From: Myxococcota bacterium
Lineage (GTDB): Bacteria; Myxococcota_A; UBA9160; UBA6930
Direction: 5' to 3'
DNA length: 64,000 bases
NCBI GenBank assembly: GCA_965223705.1
Contig: OZ245015.1
Location: forward strand, 1,984,001 to 2,048,000
The translations under genes and the position numbers were made by a program. The notes beneath the pieces are model-generated. The model searched no databases and had not been told where the DNA came from. It saw only the letters and a program-made list of their open reading frames with translations. Positions 39,900 through 48,624 of the stretch are shown here, piece after piece; position 1 is the stretch's first letter; each line of letters begins with the position of its first letter.

Positions 39900-40803
39900 C
39901 GAACTGCGGATCTCCGGCGACGGCGCTTCCGAGCGCGCCGAGTTGATCTCCGCCGCTGCTTTCGAGGCCGGCGCGACGGGGTTGGTGGAACGTAACGAGG
40001 CGGGAGAAGGGCGCACGCCCTGGGTCGCGGATATTTACGCCCCGGCCGATCTGGGCGCCGCGGTCTTTGCGGCGGTGCGCGCGGCCGCAGATGAGGAGAC
40101 CCGGGTCGCCGCGCCCGTGAGCGAAGAGCCCGTCGATTGGGTGGCCCACTTCCGCGAGCATGCCCGGCCGGTCGCGATCGGGGATCTCGTCATACGCCCC
40201 TCCTGGCAGACCTTCGCCGGACCGCCGCCGGGGGTCGAGCTGGTGATCGATCCCGGGCAAGCGTTCGGAACCGGTGCTCACGAGTCGACGGCTGCCGCGA
40301 TTCGGCTCCTGCAACGCAGCCGTCTGATTTTGCCGCGCGGCGCTCTGCTCGATGTCGGTTGCGGCAGCGGCGTACTGGCTCTTGCCGCACGGGCGTATGG
40401 GGCTCCGGCCGCCGTGGCGTTCGATCTCGATCCCCTCGCCGCACGAGCGACGCGTGAGGCCGCTGCCCATAACGCGATCGACGGCGTGCTCACCTTCTGC
40501 GGTCCGTTCGGGGCGCTCCGCGGTCGATGTTGGCCGACCGTGATCGCGAACTTGTTGCGTCGCGAACACGCTCCGCTGTTCGGTGCATTGGCCGCAACGC
40601 TCCCAGCCGGAGGGTCTCTCATGGTGGCGGGGCTTTTGTCGTCGGAAGCGGACGAGGTGCTCGAGTGGGCCGACGGCGCCGGCCTCGCGCCGGTGGATCG
40701 CGTCGAACAGACCGACGGGTCCGGTTCGTCTTGGGCGGGGCTTTGCTTCGAACGCCCGTCGACCTCAGGCGAGACGCGCCCGCCAATCCTCGAGGAGTTC
40801 TGA
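39868..40803 (+). CDS. prmA: 50S ribosomal protein L11 methyltransferase
   Basis: IDPGQAFGTGAH.ST, LDVGCGSGVLA, D.DP.A, ANL. GGAGG RBS before GTG 39868. Confidence 0.9.
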   Translation: MAEAQRAIVRIELRISGDGASERAELISAAAFEAGATGLVERNEAGEGRTPWVADIYAPADLGAAVFAAVRAAADEETRVAAPVSEEPVDWVAHFREHARPVAIGDLVIRPSWQTFAGPPPGVELVIDPGQAFGTGAHESTAAAIRLLQRSRLILPRGALLDVGCGSGVLALAARAYGAPAAVAFDLDPLAARATREAAAHNAIDGVLTFCGPFGALRGRCWPTVIANLLRREHAPLFGALAATLPAGGSLMVAGLLSSEADEVLEWADGAGLAPVDRVEQTDGSGSSWAGLCFERPSTSGETRPPILEEF

Positions 40804-41658
40804 GAGGGTCTGTCGGAACGGGACCCGCGGTGCCCAACCCGTGGTTGCCGAGAGCTTGTCCGCGTTGCCGATCGCGTGGTCTACCGGGCGCCAGAGCTCG
40901 GCGTCGGTCTCGACGGAAACCGGTCGGCCGACGCCGCTCGCATCGATCATCGCTTCCGCGAGCCCGGCAATCGACCAGGCTGTGCCCCGAGCGACGTTGT
41001 ACGCGCCCGAGGGAACTCCCGGAACGAGGAGCCGCCAGTACGCGTCGACCACGTCGGCCACATCCAGGAAATCCCGTGTCGAGTGGGCGTTTCCGATCTC
41101 GACGAAGTCCCCGCGCGACCCGCGCTCGATGGCGACGAGCTGACGCGCGAGCGAGCTCTCGACAGCCCACGGCGGACGTCCTCGGCCGGTGTGGTTGAAC
41201 GGGCGAGCTCGGACGACACAGAGCGTGTCGCTCGCGCTGCGCGAGGCCATTTCATCCGCACACGCCTTGGTCCAGGCGTAGTGCGTTTCCGGTCGCAGGG
41301 AAGCGTCCTCTCTGAATCCGCCGCTCTCGGGGTGACTGCCGTAGACCTGGCCCGTGCTCGCGACGAGAACGCAGCGCACGCTGTCGCACGCTGCCGCCGC
41401 TTCGAGCACGGCGCGAGTTCCGAGGACGTTGATGCGAAACGTCTCGTTCGGCGCACGGTCGGCTCGGGCTACGGAACTCTCCGCGGCGAGGTGCACGATG
41501 GCGTGCGGGCGCGTCGCGGCGACGTGGCCTGCGACAGCCTGCGCGTCGGTGACGTCGAGAGCACTGGATGTGCCGTCCACCGCTGCGCCCCGAGCGCGGA
41601 AAGCGGGGACGAGGTGTTTTCCCACGAAGCCCGTGGCACCCGTGACCCAAACTCGCAC
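40765..41658 (-). CDS. NAD-dependent epimerase/dehydratase (GDP-mannose 4,6-dehydratase/Rmd-like extended SDR)
   Basis: TGATGFVG.HL, HLAA.S.V, YAWTK, RPFNHTG, RDFLDV.DVV.AY. Confidence 0.88.
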   Translation of the reverse strand: MRVWVTGATGFVGKHLVPAFRARGAAVDGTSSALDVTDAQAVAGHVAATRPHAIVHLAAESSVARADRAPNETFRINVLGTRAVLEAAAACDSVRCVLVASTGQVYGSHPESGGFREDASLRPETHYAWTKACADEMASRSASDTLCVVRARPFNHTGRGRPPWAVESSLARQLVAIERGSRGDFVEIGNAHSTRDFLDVADVVDAYWRLLVPGVPSGAYNVARGTAWSIAGLAEAMIDASGVGRPVSVETDAELWRPVDHAIGNADKLSATTGWAPRVPFRQTLSELLEDWRARLA

Positions 41659-41715
41659 GGCGCGGAACCTAAGGGAGGCCGTCTGCGCGTGCTACCTTGC
41701 GCCGGGGGTGGCGCC

Positions 41716-42738
41716 ATGATCCTTGGTATCTCGGGACCGAACGCGGCGGGCAAGGGCGAGGCGATTTCGTTCCTGCGCGCGCGCAGCTTCGAAGTGCATT
41801 CGTTGTCCGACGTGCTGCGGGACGAACTCGTTCGCCGCGGTGAAACCGAAAGCCGAGAACGGATGATTGCTCTCGGTCGCGAGTTGCGGCGCGAAGGTGG
41901 CCCGGGAGTCCTGGCCGAGCGCATTGCTTCGAAGCTCCATCCCGAGCGCAATCACGCGATCGATTCGATCCGGCACCCGGTCGAGGTCGACGTCCTGCGC
42001 GCACTCCATCCGAGCTTTCGTCTCATCTGGATCGACGCGCCCCTCGAACAACGCTTCCAACGCATCCGCGACCGCGACCGACCGGGCGACCCCGAGAGTC
42101 TCGCGGAACTGCAACGACTCGAAGGCGCCGAACTCGGAAGCGAGGACCCCGCGGCGCAGCAGCTCCTCGCCGTTCGCGACTGCGCCGACGAACGGATCGA
42201 AAACCGGAGCGATCTCGACGCGCTCTACACATCGCTGCAGGCCGTCCTAAAAAAAGGGCTCTACTTTGAGAGGCCCGGCTGGGATGCCTACTTCATGGAC
42301 ATCGCCCGCGTCGTCGCGTCCCGGTCGAACTGCGTGAAACGCAAGGTCGCCGCGGTGATCACGCTCGACCGGCGCATTATCGCGACGGGCTACAACGGCA
42401 CGCCCCGGGGCGTCCGCAACTGCAACGAGGGCGGCTGCCCGCGCTGTAACAGCTTCGCACCGGGTGGGACCCAGCTGGGCGAGTGTCTGTGCTCCCACGG
42501 CGAAGAGAACGCCATCGTCCAGGCCGCCTACCACGGCGTTTCCGTAAAAGGGGCGACCCTCTACACGACGTGTTGCCCATGCCTGCTCTGCACGAAAATG
42601 GTCATCAACGCCGGCATTTCCGAGGTCGTCTACAACGCGGATTACCCGCTGGGGGATCTATCCCTCGAACTTCTGGAAGCTTCGGGTGTGAAGGTGCGGC
42701 AGTACACGAGCGCGGCCGCCGAGCCCCCGCCGGGATAA
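41716..42738 (+). CDS. Fusion of P-loop NMP-kinase-like domain and dCMP deaminase
   Basis: N-terminal GISGPNAAGKG and IDSIR. C-terminal RPGWDAYFM, SRSNC, GYNG, HGEENAI, PCLLC. Confidence 0.9.
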   Translation: MILGISGPNAAGKGEAISFLRARSFEVHSLSDVLRDELVRRGETESRERMIALGRELRREGGPGVLAERIASKLHPERNHAIDSIRHPVEVDVLRALHPSFRLIWIDAPLEQRFQRIRDRDRPGDPESLAELQRLEGAELGSEDPAAQQLLAVRDCADERIENRSDLDALYTSLQAVLKKGLYFERPGWDAYFMDIARVVASRSNCVKRKVAAVITLDRRIIATGYNGTPRGVRNCNEGGCPRCNSFAPGGTQLGECLCSHGEENAIVQAAYHGVSVKGATLYTTCCPCLLCTKMVINAGISEVVYNADYPLGDLSLELLEASGVKVRQYTSAAAEPPPG

Positions 42739-42744
42739 CAGCGG

Positions 42745-42773
42745 TTGACCCCGCCCGGGGGCCTTGATAGACA
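42745..42773 (+). promoter_or_regulatory. Putative sigma-70 promoter
   Basis: TTGACC-17 bp-TAGACA with a TG extension, upstream of the exported-protein gene and tRNA. Confidence 0.45.
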
Positions 42774-42865
42774 ATCCCTTTCTCGAGCGCGGGGCAGCCC
42801 GCGGAGCGCCCCCTGACACGCGCGCGGGAGTCCCAGGAATGCTCGTCCGACGAGTTGCGAAAGAC

Positions 42866-43537
42866 ATGCGGATCTTGGCCTCGTTCTTGGCCCTGTTCGT
42901 CCTGGCGGCAGGTCAGGCAGCGGCCCAGAACCGGGTGCGCGTCGCTGTCCTCCCGATCCGCGTAAACGCCGCGACGGACGCCGCCTATCTTCAGGAAGGG
43001 CTTGCCGATATGTTGGCCGCCCGGCTGGGCCAACACGACGGCGTCGCGGTGATCCCGGTCCGCGATGGCGACGCCGCGACGTCCGACACCGATCGCGCGC
43101 GCGAACTCGCTCGGGGGTACTCCGCCGACTTCGTTCTCTTCGGCTCCTTCACGAGGTTCGGCGCGGGGGCGAGCCTCGACGTCAAGTGTCTGCCGGTGCG
43201 CTCGAACGACGAGACCGATCCGCGCTCCGTCTTTATCCAAGCGGGCGAGCTCGGCGAGATCATTCCGCAGCTCGACGGCCTGGTCGGGCGCGTCGCCCGC
43301 TACATCGGGTCCGGTCCGAAAGCGACTCTCGAGGACCCGGGAGATCAAGCGGCCCGGGCACGCGGTCTGCGCGACGCGCTATCCCAGATCGATCAACTCA
43401 ACGAGCGCGTCAGGCGTCTCGAAGCCTCGAGTGGGGCCGATTCCGGAAACAGCGCTGGCGTGGATCCCTTCGGCGACGACACGAGTGGTTCTTTCGACAG
43501 CGTCTTCGAAGGGAACGAAGCCGGCGGAGACGGCTGA
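42866..43537 (+). CDS. Exported protein with TolB-N/CsgG-like domain
   Basis: Signal peptide ending AAA-Q, RVAVLPI.VNA...YL..GL.DML..RL, ADFVLFGS, SLD. C-terminal coiled coil and acidic tail. Confidence 0.75.
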   Translation: MRILASFLALFVLAAGQAAAQNRVRVAVLPIRVNAATDAAYLQEGLADMLAARLGQHDGVAVIPVRDGDAATSDTDRARELARGYSADFVLFGSFTRFGAGASLDVKCLPVRSNDETDPRSVFIQAGELGEIIPQLDGLVGRVARYIGSGPKATLEDPGDQAARARGLRDALSQIDQLNERVRRLEASSGADSGNSAGVDPFGDDTSGSFDSVFEGNEAGGDG

Positions 43538-43567
43538 GCGCTTCCGCTACCGTTCCCAACGCATCCC

Positions 43568-43644
43568 GGCGATGTAGCTCAGCTGGTTAGAGCAGCGGAT
43601 TCATAGCCCGCAGGTCGGTGGTTCGAGTCCACCCATCGCCACCA
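43568..43644 (+). tRNA. tRNA-Met (CAU), elongator type
   Basis: GGCGATG/CATCGCC acceptor stem, D arm GCTC..GAGC, anticodon loop TTCATAG, GGTTCGAGTCC, encoded CCA. G1:C72 is paired and there are no three consecutive G:C pairs closing the anticodon stem, so not an initiator. Confidence 0.95.
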
Positions 43645-43691
43645 ACGAATTCGACTCAGAGACGCGTCGGGAATCGACGTCGACGGCAGCC

Positions 43692-44006
43692 TCAGTAGAG
43701 CCGTACCGCGAACATCCGGTCGCCGCGATCGAGAACCGCCCAAACCGCGTCACGCTGGGTTCGGATACGCAGCGGTGTTTCACGCAGTGTCCGCGTGTCG
43801 TATCCGATCAGTGTCACTTCGCCTCGCTGACTCGTGACGACCCGGAAGGGTCCGCTGACCCCGTGCTCTTCGAACGTTTCGGGGTCGACGAAGGACACCG
43901 ACAGCTGCGAAATCATCTGCGCAATCGGGGGCTCTGCTCGCGCCGATGCGCACGCGAGGAGGGTGGCAGCGAAGATCGGTATGATCTGTGCGATCTTGCG
44001 AATCAT
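43692..44006 (-). CDS. Small exported hypothetical protein
   Basis: Signal peptide ending ARA-E, followed by a beta-rich domain of about 80 aa. Confidence 0.6.
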   Translation of the reverse strand: MIRKIAQIIPIFAATLLACASARAEPPIAQMISQLSVSFVDPETFEEHGVSGPFRVVTSQRGEVTLIGYDTRTLRETPLRIRTQRDAVWAVLDRGDRMFAVRLY

Positions 44007-44057
44007 GGGGGCGCCATCGACGGCACACGTCGGCGCCTTGAGAATGGGGGCGCGGCT

Positions 44058-44498
44058 GTGAGGAATCTCGTTCTGGTCTTGACGGCGCTCGTCGGCGCGT
44101 CGCTACTCGGAGCGCCGAGCGCGACCGCCACCGGTGAAGGCGCCACACCGGCGCCCGCGGAAGCCCGGGCCTACATCGTCTCGCCCCGTCACGGTGAAGT
44201 GGTGACCAGTCCCGTCAAGGTTGTCTTCGGGCTTACGGGCATGGGCGTTGCGCCGGCGGGAGTCGTCCTCGAACGCACCGGGCACCACCATTTGCTGATC
44301 GACGTCGAAGAACTTCCTCCCCTCGACCGACCCCTACCCGCCGACGCAAACCATGTGCACTTCGGCGGGGGGCAGACGGAGACCACGATCGAGCTTCCAC
44401 CCGGGGAGCACCGTCTGCAACTGCTCCTGGGCGATGCGGTGCATCGACCTCACGAGCCCCCCGTTTTGTCGGAACCGATCGTCATTCACGTCCGCTAG
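44058..44498 (+). CDS. DUF4399 domain exported protein
   Basis: YIVSP..G..V.SP..V.FG..GM.VAPAG, GHHHLLID, HFGGGQTE, L.PG.H.L.L..GD..H. Confidence 0.9.
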   Translation: MRNLVLVLTALVGASLLGAPSATATGEGATPAPAEARAYIVSPRHGEVVTSPVKVVFGLTGMGVAPAGVVLERTGHHHLLIDVEELPPLDRPLPADANHVHFGGGQTETTIELPPGEHRLQLLLGDAVHRPHEPPVLSEPIVIHVR

Positions 44499-44636
44499 CC
44501 GGGGCTGCGCAACACGGCCGCATCTGCGTCCGTTCCGCAAGCGATCCGCAAACATCGCGACACCTCGAGTGCCCTGCGCGGCACACACGCCCGAGGTCTC
44601 TCCGCAAGCTGCGGGGGACCCGGTACGAGGTAGGCC

Positions 44637-45461
44637 GTGGCCAACCAACGCACGTTCAAGATCTTCGCGCTGCTCGTCGCCGCGCTCTTGCTCGCGGCTC
44701 TCGCCACGGGCTGCAGCTCTCTGCCGACGGTGCTCAAGCGCGGTCCCGTGACCCAGTCGCCGAATCCGTCACCGAATTGGCCGCCGGCCACTCCGCAGAC
44801 GGTGACCGTGCCTTCGAAGACACCCGAAAGTGTCGAAGCCACCGCGACCGCTGAGAAGCCCGAGCCGCCGCCTCCGGTCGCGAAGACGCCGCAGAAGAGC
44901 CAGGAAACGCGCACTCCGCGCTCCGCTCGCGCGGAGAAACAGCGCTACGTCCTGCAGCCTCAAGACCGGATCGCCGTAGTCTTTCCCTACGCACCTTCTC
45001 TCGATCAGGAGATCGTGATCCAGCCCGATGGCATGATCGCGCTTCCGTGGCTCCCTCCGCTGCGAGCCGCAGGTGAAACGCCGTCGTCTCTCGAAAGTTC
45101 TCTGCGCGCTTCGCTTGCGCGCGTGATGCACAACCCGCGACCGCGGGTCGTGGTCCGGTCCCTCGGTCCGCGCTTCGTCACGGTGCTGGGCGCCGTGGCG
45201 CGACCCGGTCTCGTCGACCTGCGCGCAGCCGCAGATACGGGCTACGCCGTCGAAGCGGCCGGAGGGGTCCGCGAAGGTGCCGACCGCGACCGGGTCCTCC
45301 GCATTCGGCCGGGCAGCGGACCGGGAGCGGCTCTCCAAACGACGTCGCTCGCCCCCGGAAGCCAGCCGCTGGCCCTGCGCCACAACGACGTGGTCTACGT
45401 GCCCTCGAGACTCGAGTCGTCCATACGACGCAAGAACCGCTTCGGCCGGGACGGGGGCTAA
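44637..45461 (+). CDS. Polysaccharide biosynthesis/export (OPX/Wza-like) lipoprotein
   Basis: Lipobox LATGC, Pro/Thr linker, PES region Y.LQP.D...PDG.I.LP...AAG.T, SLBB V.GAV.RPG...AGG, NDVVYVP. Confidence 0.88.
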   Translation: MANQRTFKIFALLVAALLLAALATGCSSLPTVLKRGPVTQSPNPSPNWPPATPQTVTVPSKTPESVEATATAEKPEPPPPVAKTPQKSQETRTPRSARAEKQRYVLQPQDRIAVVFPYAPSLDQEIVIQPDGMIALPWLPPLRAAGETPSSLESSLRASLARVMHNPRPRVVVRSLGPRFVTVLGAVARPGLVDLRAAADTGYAVEAAGGVREGADRDRVLRIRPGSGPGAALQTTSLAPGSQPLALRHNDVVYVPSRLESSIRRKNRFGRDGG

Positions 45462-45495
45462 CGATGTTCGAATTTCGCCAACGAGGTGGCCTGTC

Positions 45496-46695
45496 ATGAC
45501 CTTGCGAGATGCCCTCCACGCAATCTTCCGACGCCGATTGTTGATCGCCATCGTGCCCGTCGTAGCCGTACTGCTCGCTTGGGCGGTGATGCTCGCGCAG
45601 CCGACGCGCTACGAGTCGCACGCGCGTTTCATGGTTCTGCCGTGGCCGACAACGGCGATGGACACGGCCTTCGCGGCGGCCACCGGACAGCGCGAGCGAG
45701 CCGACGCCCGCGACCTCGAAACCGAGGTGCGACTGCTCGAGGGCTATCGACTTCCGGCGGAAAAGATCGGAACCCTGTCCGACGTCATTCACCAGGCGCG
45801 CGTCGAGCGCGGGGGTCTCTCCCGGGCTCTCGCGGGTGACACGGCCGACTTCGAAGAACTGAGCGAGCGCTGGAGCTCCATCACGCGCTTCGAGCGGATC
45901 CCGGGCACCGACCTCATCGAAGCGCGCTTCCGTTGGGAAGAGCCCTACGTGGCCCTCTCGGTCGCCGAAAGCTTCGTCGATTCGTATCTCGACCATCGCG
46001 CGGGGATCGCGCAACCCGCCGCAACTCCGCTTGCCGTACCCGCCATCGCGCAGGAGCGAGCCGCGGGATTCACGTGGGACGACGAGCTGCACGCCATCGA
46101 CGCCGAGCTCGCCGGGCTCAAGCTGAAGCGTGAGCACGTCGACGCCCAGGCGCGTCAGGGCGGTTGGATCGATACGCCGGATCTGGGAGACGGGGCGAAC
46201 GACCTGACCCGTCTCGACGGGCTCTACTACGAGCTTCGCGCCGAGCGCGATCGGCTCGCGCAGCTCTACAAGAGCGACGCCCGCGCCGTCGTCGAGATGG
46301 ACGCGCGCCTGGCCAGCCTTCGCCGACAGAAACTCGCGAGCGTTCGCTCGATCCTGGGCCTGCGGAACAAGGCCTTGGCGGACGGCAGGGAGCGCATCGT
46401 CGAGCGCCGCGAGCAGTGGGCCGCGACGAGCGCCGGACTTCCGGCGGTGTCTTCCGGCGCCGCTTCGAGCTTGCCGCCGATCTCGTTGGTCGTGCGTCCG
46501 ACAGTGCCGGAGAAGCCGGCCCCGCGCGTGCGCGTGCTGACACTGTTCTGGACTGCGCTCGCCGCGCTCGCCGCGGCGGTGGCCGCCGCGCTGTTGATGC
46601 ACCGCTTCGATCAAAAACTGACGCGCGCGGAAGACTTGGAGGACGCCGCAGGGGTCCCCGTACTCGCGACGATTCCGATGCGGAAAGGGGTCTGA
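45496..46695 (+). CDS. Polysaccharide co-polymerase/chain-length determinant (Wzc N-terminal, GumC-like)
   Basis: LRD....FRRR, TM, Y.S.A, coiled coil, Pro-rich P.VP.KP..P, TM, E...GVPVLATIP. Confidence 0.85.
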   Translation: MTLRDALHAIFRRRLLIAIVPVVAVLLAWAVMLAQPTRYESHARFMVLPWPTTAMDTAFAAATGQRERADARDLETEVRLLEGYRLPAEKIGTLSDVIHQARVERGGLSRALAGDTADFEELSERWSSITRFERIPGTDLIEARFRWEEPYVALSVAESFVDSYLDHRAGIAQPAATPLAVPAIAQERAAGFTWDDELHAIDAELAGLKLKREHVDAQARQGGWIDTPDLGDGANDLTRLDGLYYELRAERDRLAQLYKSDARAVVEMDARLASLRRQKLASVRSILGLRNKALADGRERIVERREQWAATSAGLPAVSSGAASSLPPISLVVRPTVPEKPAPRVRVLTLFWTALAALAAAVAAALLMHRFDQKLTRAEDLEDAAGVPVLATIPMRKGV

Positions 46696-46698
46696 GCC

Positions 46699-47382
46699 AT
46701 GGCCGAACTCTCCCGAAAATCAACGTCCGTTGTCGCGTCGCGGCGCGGTAACGCAGAGACCAGTGCCGATTGGGACGCCGAATGGAAGCGCCTCACGGCG
46801 CGCGTGATCCCGGCGATCGAAGCCGGCAACCGCATCATCGCGGTCACCGCCGGGCAATCCGGAGCCGGCGTATCCACCGTGACGTATCAGCTGGCGCGGC
46901 GCTTGGTGGTCCAGGGCCGCAAGCGCGTCGTCATCGTCGACGCCAACCTGCGGTCGCCGAGCTTGCACCGTTTCCTCGGTGGAACGCGCAGCCCCGGTTT
47001 GGTGGAATTTCTCAAGGGCGATCTCCACTTCACGCAGATCTCGCAGCGCTTGCCCCGGCTGCATTTCATCGCGGCAGGACGCGGCGGAGGCGATCCCGTG
47101 CACTTGCTCGAGTCTCCGCGCTTCGCCGAGGGACTCGAAGCGCTGGCCAAGGACTTCGACGTCGTGCTCATCGACATGCCCGGCATCATCGCGCACCCGG
47201 AGACCGAGGCGATGCTTCGCCACGCGGACGGCTGCGTGCTGGTCGCGGAAGCGGATCGCGCTCGCGCCCCGGCGGTTCGGGCGGTTGCCGACCGGATCCG
47301 CGACGCGGGCGTCACGTTGATCGGCGCCGTGCTGAACAAGCGCACGTATCCGATCCCGGAACGCCTCTACCGCATGCTGTAG
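46699..47382 (+). CDS. CpsD/CapB family BY-kinase-like protein
   Basis: IIAVT.GQSGAGVST, VIVDANLR.P.LH, PGL, DVVLID.P, GAVLN. Confidence 0.88.
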   Translation: MAELSRKSTSVVASRRGNAETSADWDAEWKRLTARVIPAIEAGNRIIAVTAGQSGAGVSTVTYQLARRLVVQGRKRVVIVDANLRSPSLHRFLGGTRSPGLVEFLKGDLHFTQISQRLPRLHFIAAGRGGGDPVHLLESPRFAEGLEALAKDFDVVLIDMPGIIAHPETEAMLRHADGCVLVAEADRARAPAVRAVADRIRDAGVTLIGAVLNKRTYPIPERLYRML

Positions 47383-47439
47383 AGCGCGAGTGCCGCGCTG
47401 AATCTGCTATACGAGGGTCCATCGCAAGGAGGACCCATC

Positions 47440-48624
47440 ATGCGTTCAGTCGTCGTCGCCGGTGCCTACATGACTCCCTTTGGGAAGTTCCTCGACCGCA
47501 ACATCCGGTCTCTGGCGACGGAAGCGGCGCAGGGCGCGGTTTCGGACGCCGGTCTTTCGCCGGCCGATGTCGAGATGGTCGCTTTTGGAAACGCCGCCGC
47601 CGGCGTCTTGACCGGTCAGGAGATGATCCGCGCGCAGCTCGCCCTCGCGGGTTCCGGCATCGAAGGCGTGCCGATGCTCAACGTCGAGAACGCCTGCGCC
47701 TCAGCGTCGAGTGCGTTCCATCTGGCCTGGTTGTCGATCGCGGCCGATCAGTGTGAAGTCGCGCTGGCGATCGGCGCCGAAAAGATGACTCACGAAGATA
47801 AAAAGCGGGCCTTCGTCGCCCTCGCTCGAGCGGTCGATGTGGAAGAGCTCGTGCGGGAGCAAGGAGAGCAGGTGCTCACCGAAGGCGCGGGTTCGCTGTT
47901 CATGGACATCTACGCCAAGGAGGCGAAGACGTACATGGAGCGCAGCGGCGCGACGCAGCGCGATTTCGCGATCGCCGCGTCGAAGACCCACTTCCACGGC
48001 AGCCTCAACCCGAAATCGCAATATCGTCAAGCGCGGACGGTCGAGGAAGTTCTCGAGAGTCGGCCCATCGCCGGCCCGTTGACGCTGCTCATGTGTTCAC
48101 CGATCGGCGACGGATCGGCCGGATTGGTGCTCTGTTCGGAAGACTACGCGCGCAAGAAGGGCCTACCGTTCGTCCGCGTTCTGGCATCGACGCTCCAGTC
48201 GGGTGTGCGCGACGGGGAGGGCGATGTCGTGCGCCGCGCCGCCGACAAGGCCTACGCCACGGCCGGCATCGACCCGTCCGACATCGACGTGATCGAGCTT
48301 CACGACGCCGCGAGTCCGGCGGAGTTCGCGATCCTCGAAGATCTGCAGGTCGCCGGCGGCGCCGAAGACGTCGTGCGTTTCATCTCGACGGGAGAGACGC
48401 GGTTGGGCGGTCGGCTCCCCGTCAATACGAGCGGTGGTCTGGTCAGCAAGGGGCATCCCATCGGCGCGACCGGATGTGCGCAGTTGGTCGAGCTCGTCGA
48501 GCAATTGCGAGGCCGGGCCGAAGGACGGCAGGTCGATGGGGCGCGGATTGCTGTCGCTGAAAACGCCGGGGGCGATCTCGGCAACGGCCCGGCGGCCGCT
48601 GTCGTTACGGTCCTCGGCGCCTGA
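47440..48624 (+). CDS. Thiolase family protein (SCP2/SCP-x type)
   Basis: NVENACASAS, CSPIGDG, ELHDA, NTSGGL.SKGHPIGATG. AAGGAGG RBS. Confidence 0.93.
   Translation: MRSVVVAGAYMTPFGKFLDRNIRSLATEAAQGAVSDAGLSPADVEMVAFGNAAAGVLTGQEMIRAQLALAGSGIEGVPMLNVENACASASSAFHLAWLSIAADQCEVALAIGAEKMTHEDKKRAFVALARAVDVEELVREQGEQVLTEGAGSLFMDIYAKEAKTYMERSGATQRDFAIAASKTHFHGSLNPKSQYRQARTVEEVLESRPIAGPLTLLMCSPIGDGSAGLVLCSEDYARKKGLPFVRVLASTLQSGVRDGEGDVVRRAADKAYATAGIDPSDIDVIELHDAASPAEFAILEDLQVAGGAEDVVRFISTGETRLGGRLPVNTSGGLVSKGHPIGATGCAQLVELVEQLRGRAEGRQVDGARIAVAENAGGDLGNGPAAAVVTVLGA

Noticed and set aside
28116..42738. dGTPase plus cytidine deaminase as a nucleotide-depletion defence island
   Set aside because: The genes are more than 12 kb apart among housekeeping genes. 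The dGTPase looks like the short housekeeping type and no defence or mobile genes are nearby.
43568..43644. tRNA-Ile2 or initiator tRNA
   Set aside because: The paired 1:72 position and the anticodon stem exclude an initiator. The sequence resembles elongator Met more than Ile2, though this was not tested computationally.
44607..44625. Hairpin upstream of the OPX gene as an ops/JUMPstart element (coordinates approximate)
   Set aside because: No GGCGGTAG ops motif is present, and a G:U-rich hairpin is unremarkable at this GC content.
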